A stretch of 27,089 bases of DNA, from positions 1-27,089 of the forward strand of contig CAVUWV010000016.1 of the NCBI GenBank assembly GCA_963745075.1, written 5' to 3'. Each line of letters starts with the position of its first letter. Position 1 is the first letter of the stretch. A program made the translations under genes and the position numbers. This DNA comes from Candidatus Hydrogenedentota bacterium (GTDB lineage Bacteria; Hydrogenedentota; Hydrogenedentia; Hydrogenedentales; SLHB01). The notes under the pieces were generated by a model that saw nothing but the letters and a program-made list of their open reading frames with translations, had not been told where the DNA came from and did no database searches. This document shows positions 26,219 through 27,089 of this stretch, in pieces.

Positions 26219-27089
26219 ATGACCGTGAAACCGCTCAACTTCGGTCCCGTCCTCCACGCCGCGTTCTTGGAACGGCCGAACCGTTTTCTCGTGCGATGCC
26301 GGCTGGAGACCGGCCGAAAGGTTGAGGCTTTCATGCCGAATCCGGGTCGTATGGGCGAGTTGTTATTGCCCGGCGTGCGGCTGCACCTCACCGATCGCGG
26401 TCCCGATACGTCGCGCAAGACGCGGTATACCTGCCTTGCCGTGGACCGCGACGATACGCCGGTGTTTCTCCACACGCACGCCAACAACGCCGTGGCCGAA
26501 TACCTGCTCCGCGCGAAGCGCATTCCCGGATTGGAGCACGTCGAGGTCATCCGTAGCGAAGTGCGCGTGGGACACAGCCGTTTCGATTTCCTGTTGCGCG
26601 AGAAGGGACGCGAAGTCTTCGCCGAGGTCAAGTCGGTGACCCTCTTCCACAATCGCGTCGCCATGTTTCCCGACGCGATCACCGATCGCGGGCGGCGTCA
26701 TCTCCTGGAACTCGCCGAATTCGGCCGCGCCCAACCCAAGGCTAAACCGGTGGTGTTGTTTCTTGTCCATTCGCCGAAGGTCCGGTGGTTCATGTCTGAT
26801 TACCACACCGACCTCGCCTTCAGCCGCACGTTTCTCGACGTGCGCGGGGATTTGCGGATCGTCCCCGTCGCCATCGGCTGGAGCGACGCACTCACGCTGC
26901 GCGGTAAACCGCGGCTGTTAGACGTCCCGTGGGAGCACATCGACCGAGAAGCGCAGAACCGAGGAAACTGCGTCGTCGTGGCGCGGTTCAATCGCCGGCG
27001 ACGCGTGCCTGATCGGACGGATCCGACCGATCGATTCCAGTTTCGGCCCGGCTTCCACCTCCAAGTCAGTAACTTCACTGAGGACTTGC
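26219..27089 (+). CDS. sfsA: DNA/RNA nuclease SfsA with a C-terminal extension (DUF123/GIY-YIG-like); runs off the window end and is absent from the ORF track
   Basis: Hand translation from ATG 26219: FLERPNRF, MPNPGRMGELL, SRFDFLL, EVKSVTL, FPDAITDRGRRHLLEL; no stop before 27089. Confidence 0.9.
   Translation, partial: MTVKPLNFGPVLHAAFLERPNRFLVRCRLETGRKVEAFMPNPGRMGELLLPGVRLHLTDRGPDTSRKTRYTCLAVDRDDTPVFLHTHANNAVAEYLLRAKRIPGLEHVEVIRSEVRVGHSRFDFLLREKGREVFAEVKSVTLFHNRVAMFPDAITDRGRRHLLELAEFGRAQPKAKPVVLFLVHSPKVRWFMSDYHTDLAFSRTFLDVRGDLRIVPVAIGWSDALTLRGKPRLLDVPWEHIDREAQNRGNCVVVARFNRRRRVPDRTDPTDRFQFRPGFHLQVSNFTEDL
27012..27033. repeat. Second copy of the 9-bp-unit repeat, inside the sfsA coding sequence
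   Basis: ATCGGACGGATCCGACCGATCG is identical to 23530-23551 (22 nt) and encodes DRTDPTDR. Confidence 0.75.

Noticed and set aside
26363..26806. Minus-strand ORFs at the right end of the window
   Set aside because: Shadows of the plus-strand sfsA frame, which the track omits because it lacks a stop within the window.

Overview
This is a GC-rich bacterial chromosomal window. The style of the DUF1559/H-X9-DG prepilin-like protein suggests Ca. Hydrogenedentota or a PVC-like lineage (inference only). Most of the window is catabolic or envelope genes: a BNR/sialidase-like propeller, a propeller plus alpha-barrel protein, a Tat GH109-like enzyme, a Tat sulfatase, a PHP/CehA-McbA hydrolase, CstA, DUF1559, a YkuD-like lipoprotein, GH2, a frameshifted polysaccharide deacetylase, YceI, a CBM9-like/serine hydrolase fusion, and a partial sfsA that the ORF track misses. 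Mobile DNA comprises an intact IS630 with TIRs and a TA duplication, and an internally deleted group II intron (21256-22017). Removing the intron restores a perfect stem-loop just downstream of a decayed glycosyltransferase gene. The most unusual unannotated signals are three. (i) A self-contained transcription unit: near-consensus sigma70 promoter, a possibly structured leader of about 100 nt, a 28-aa hydrophobic peptide and an 18-bp perfect hairpin. (ii) A 9-bp-unit palindromic repeat found both intergenically and in-frame inside sfsA. (iii) Several distinct REP-like palindromes. No CRISPR array, tRNA or rRNA was seen, and no clearly new multi-gene system can be demonstrated from sequence alone.
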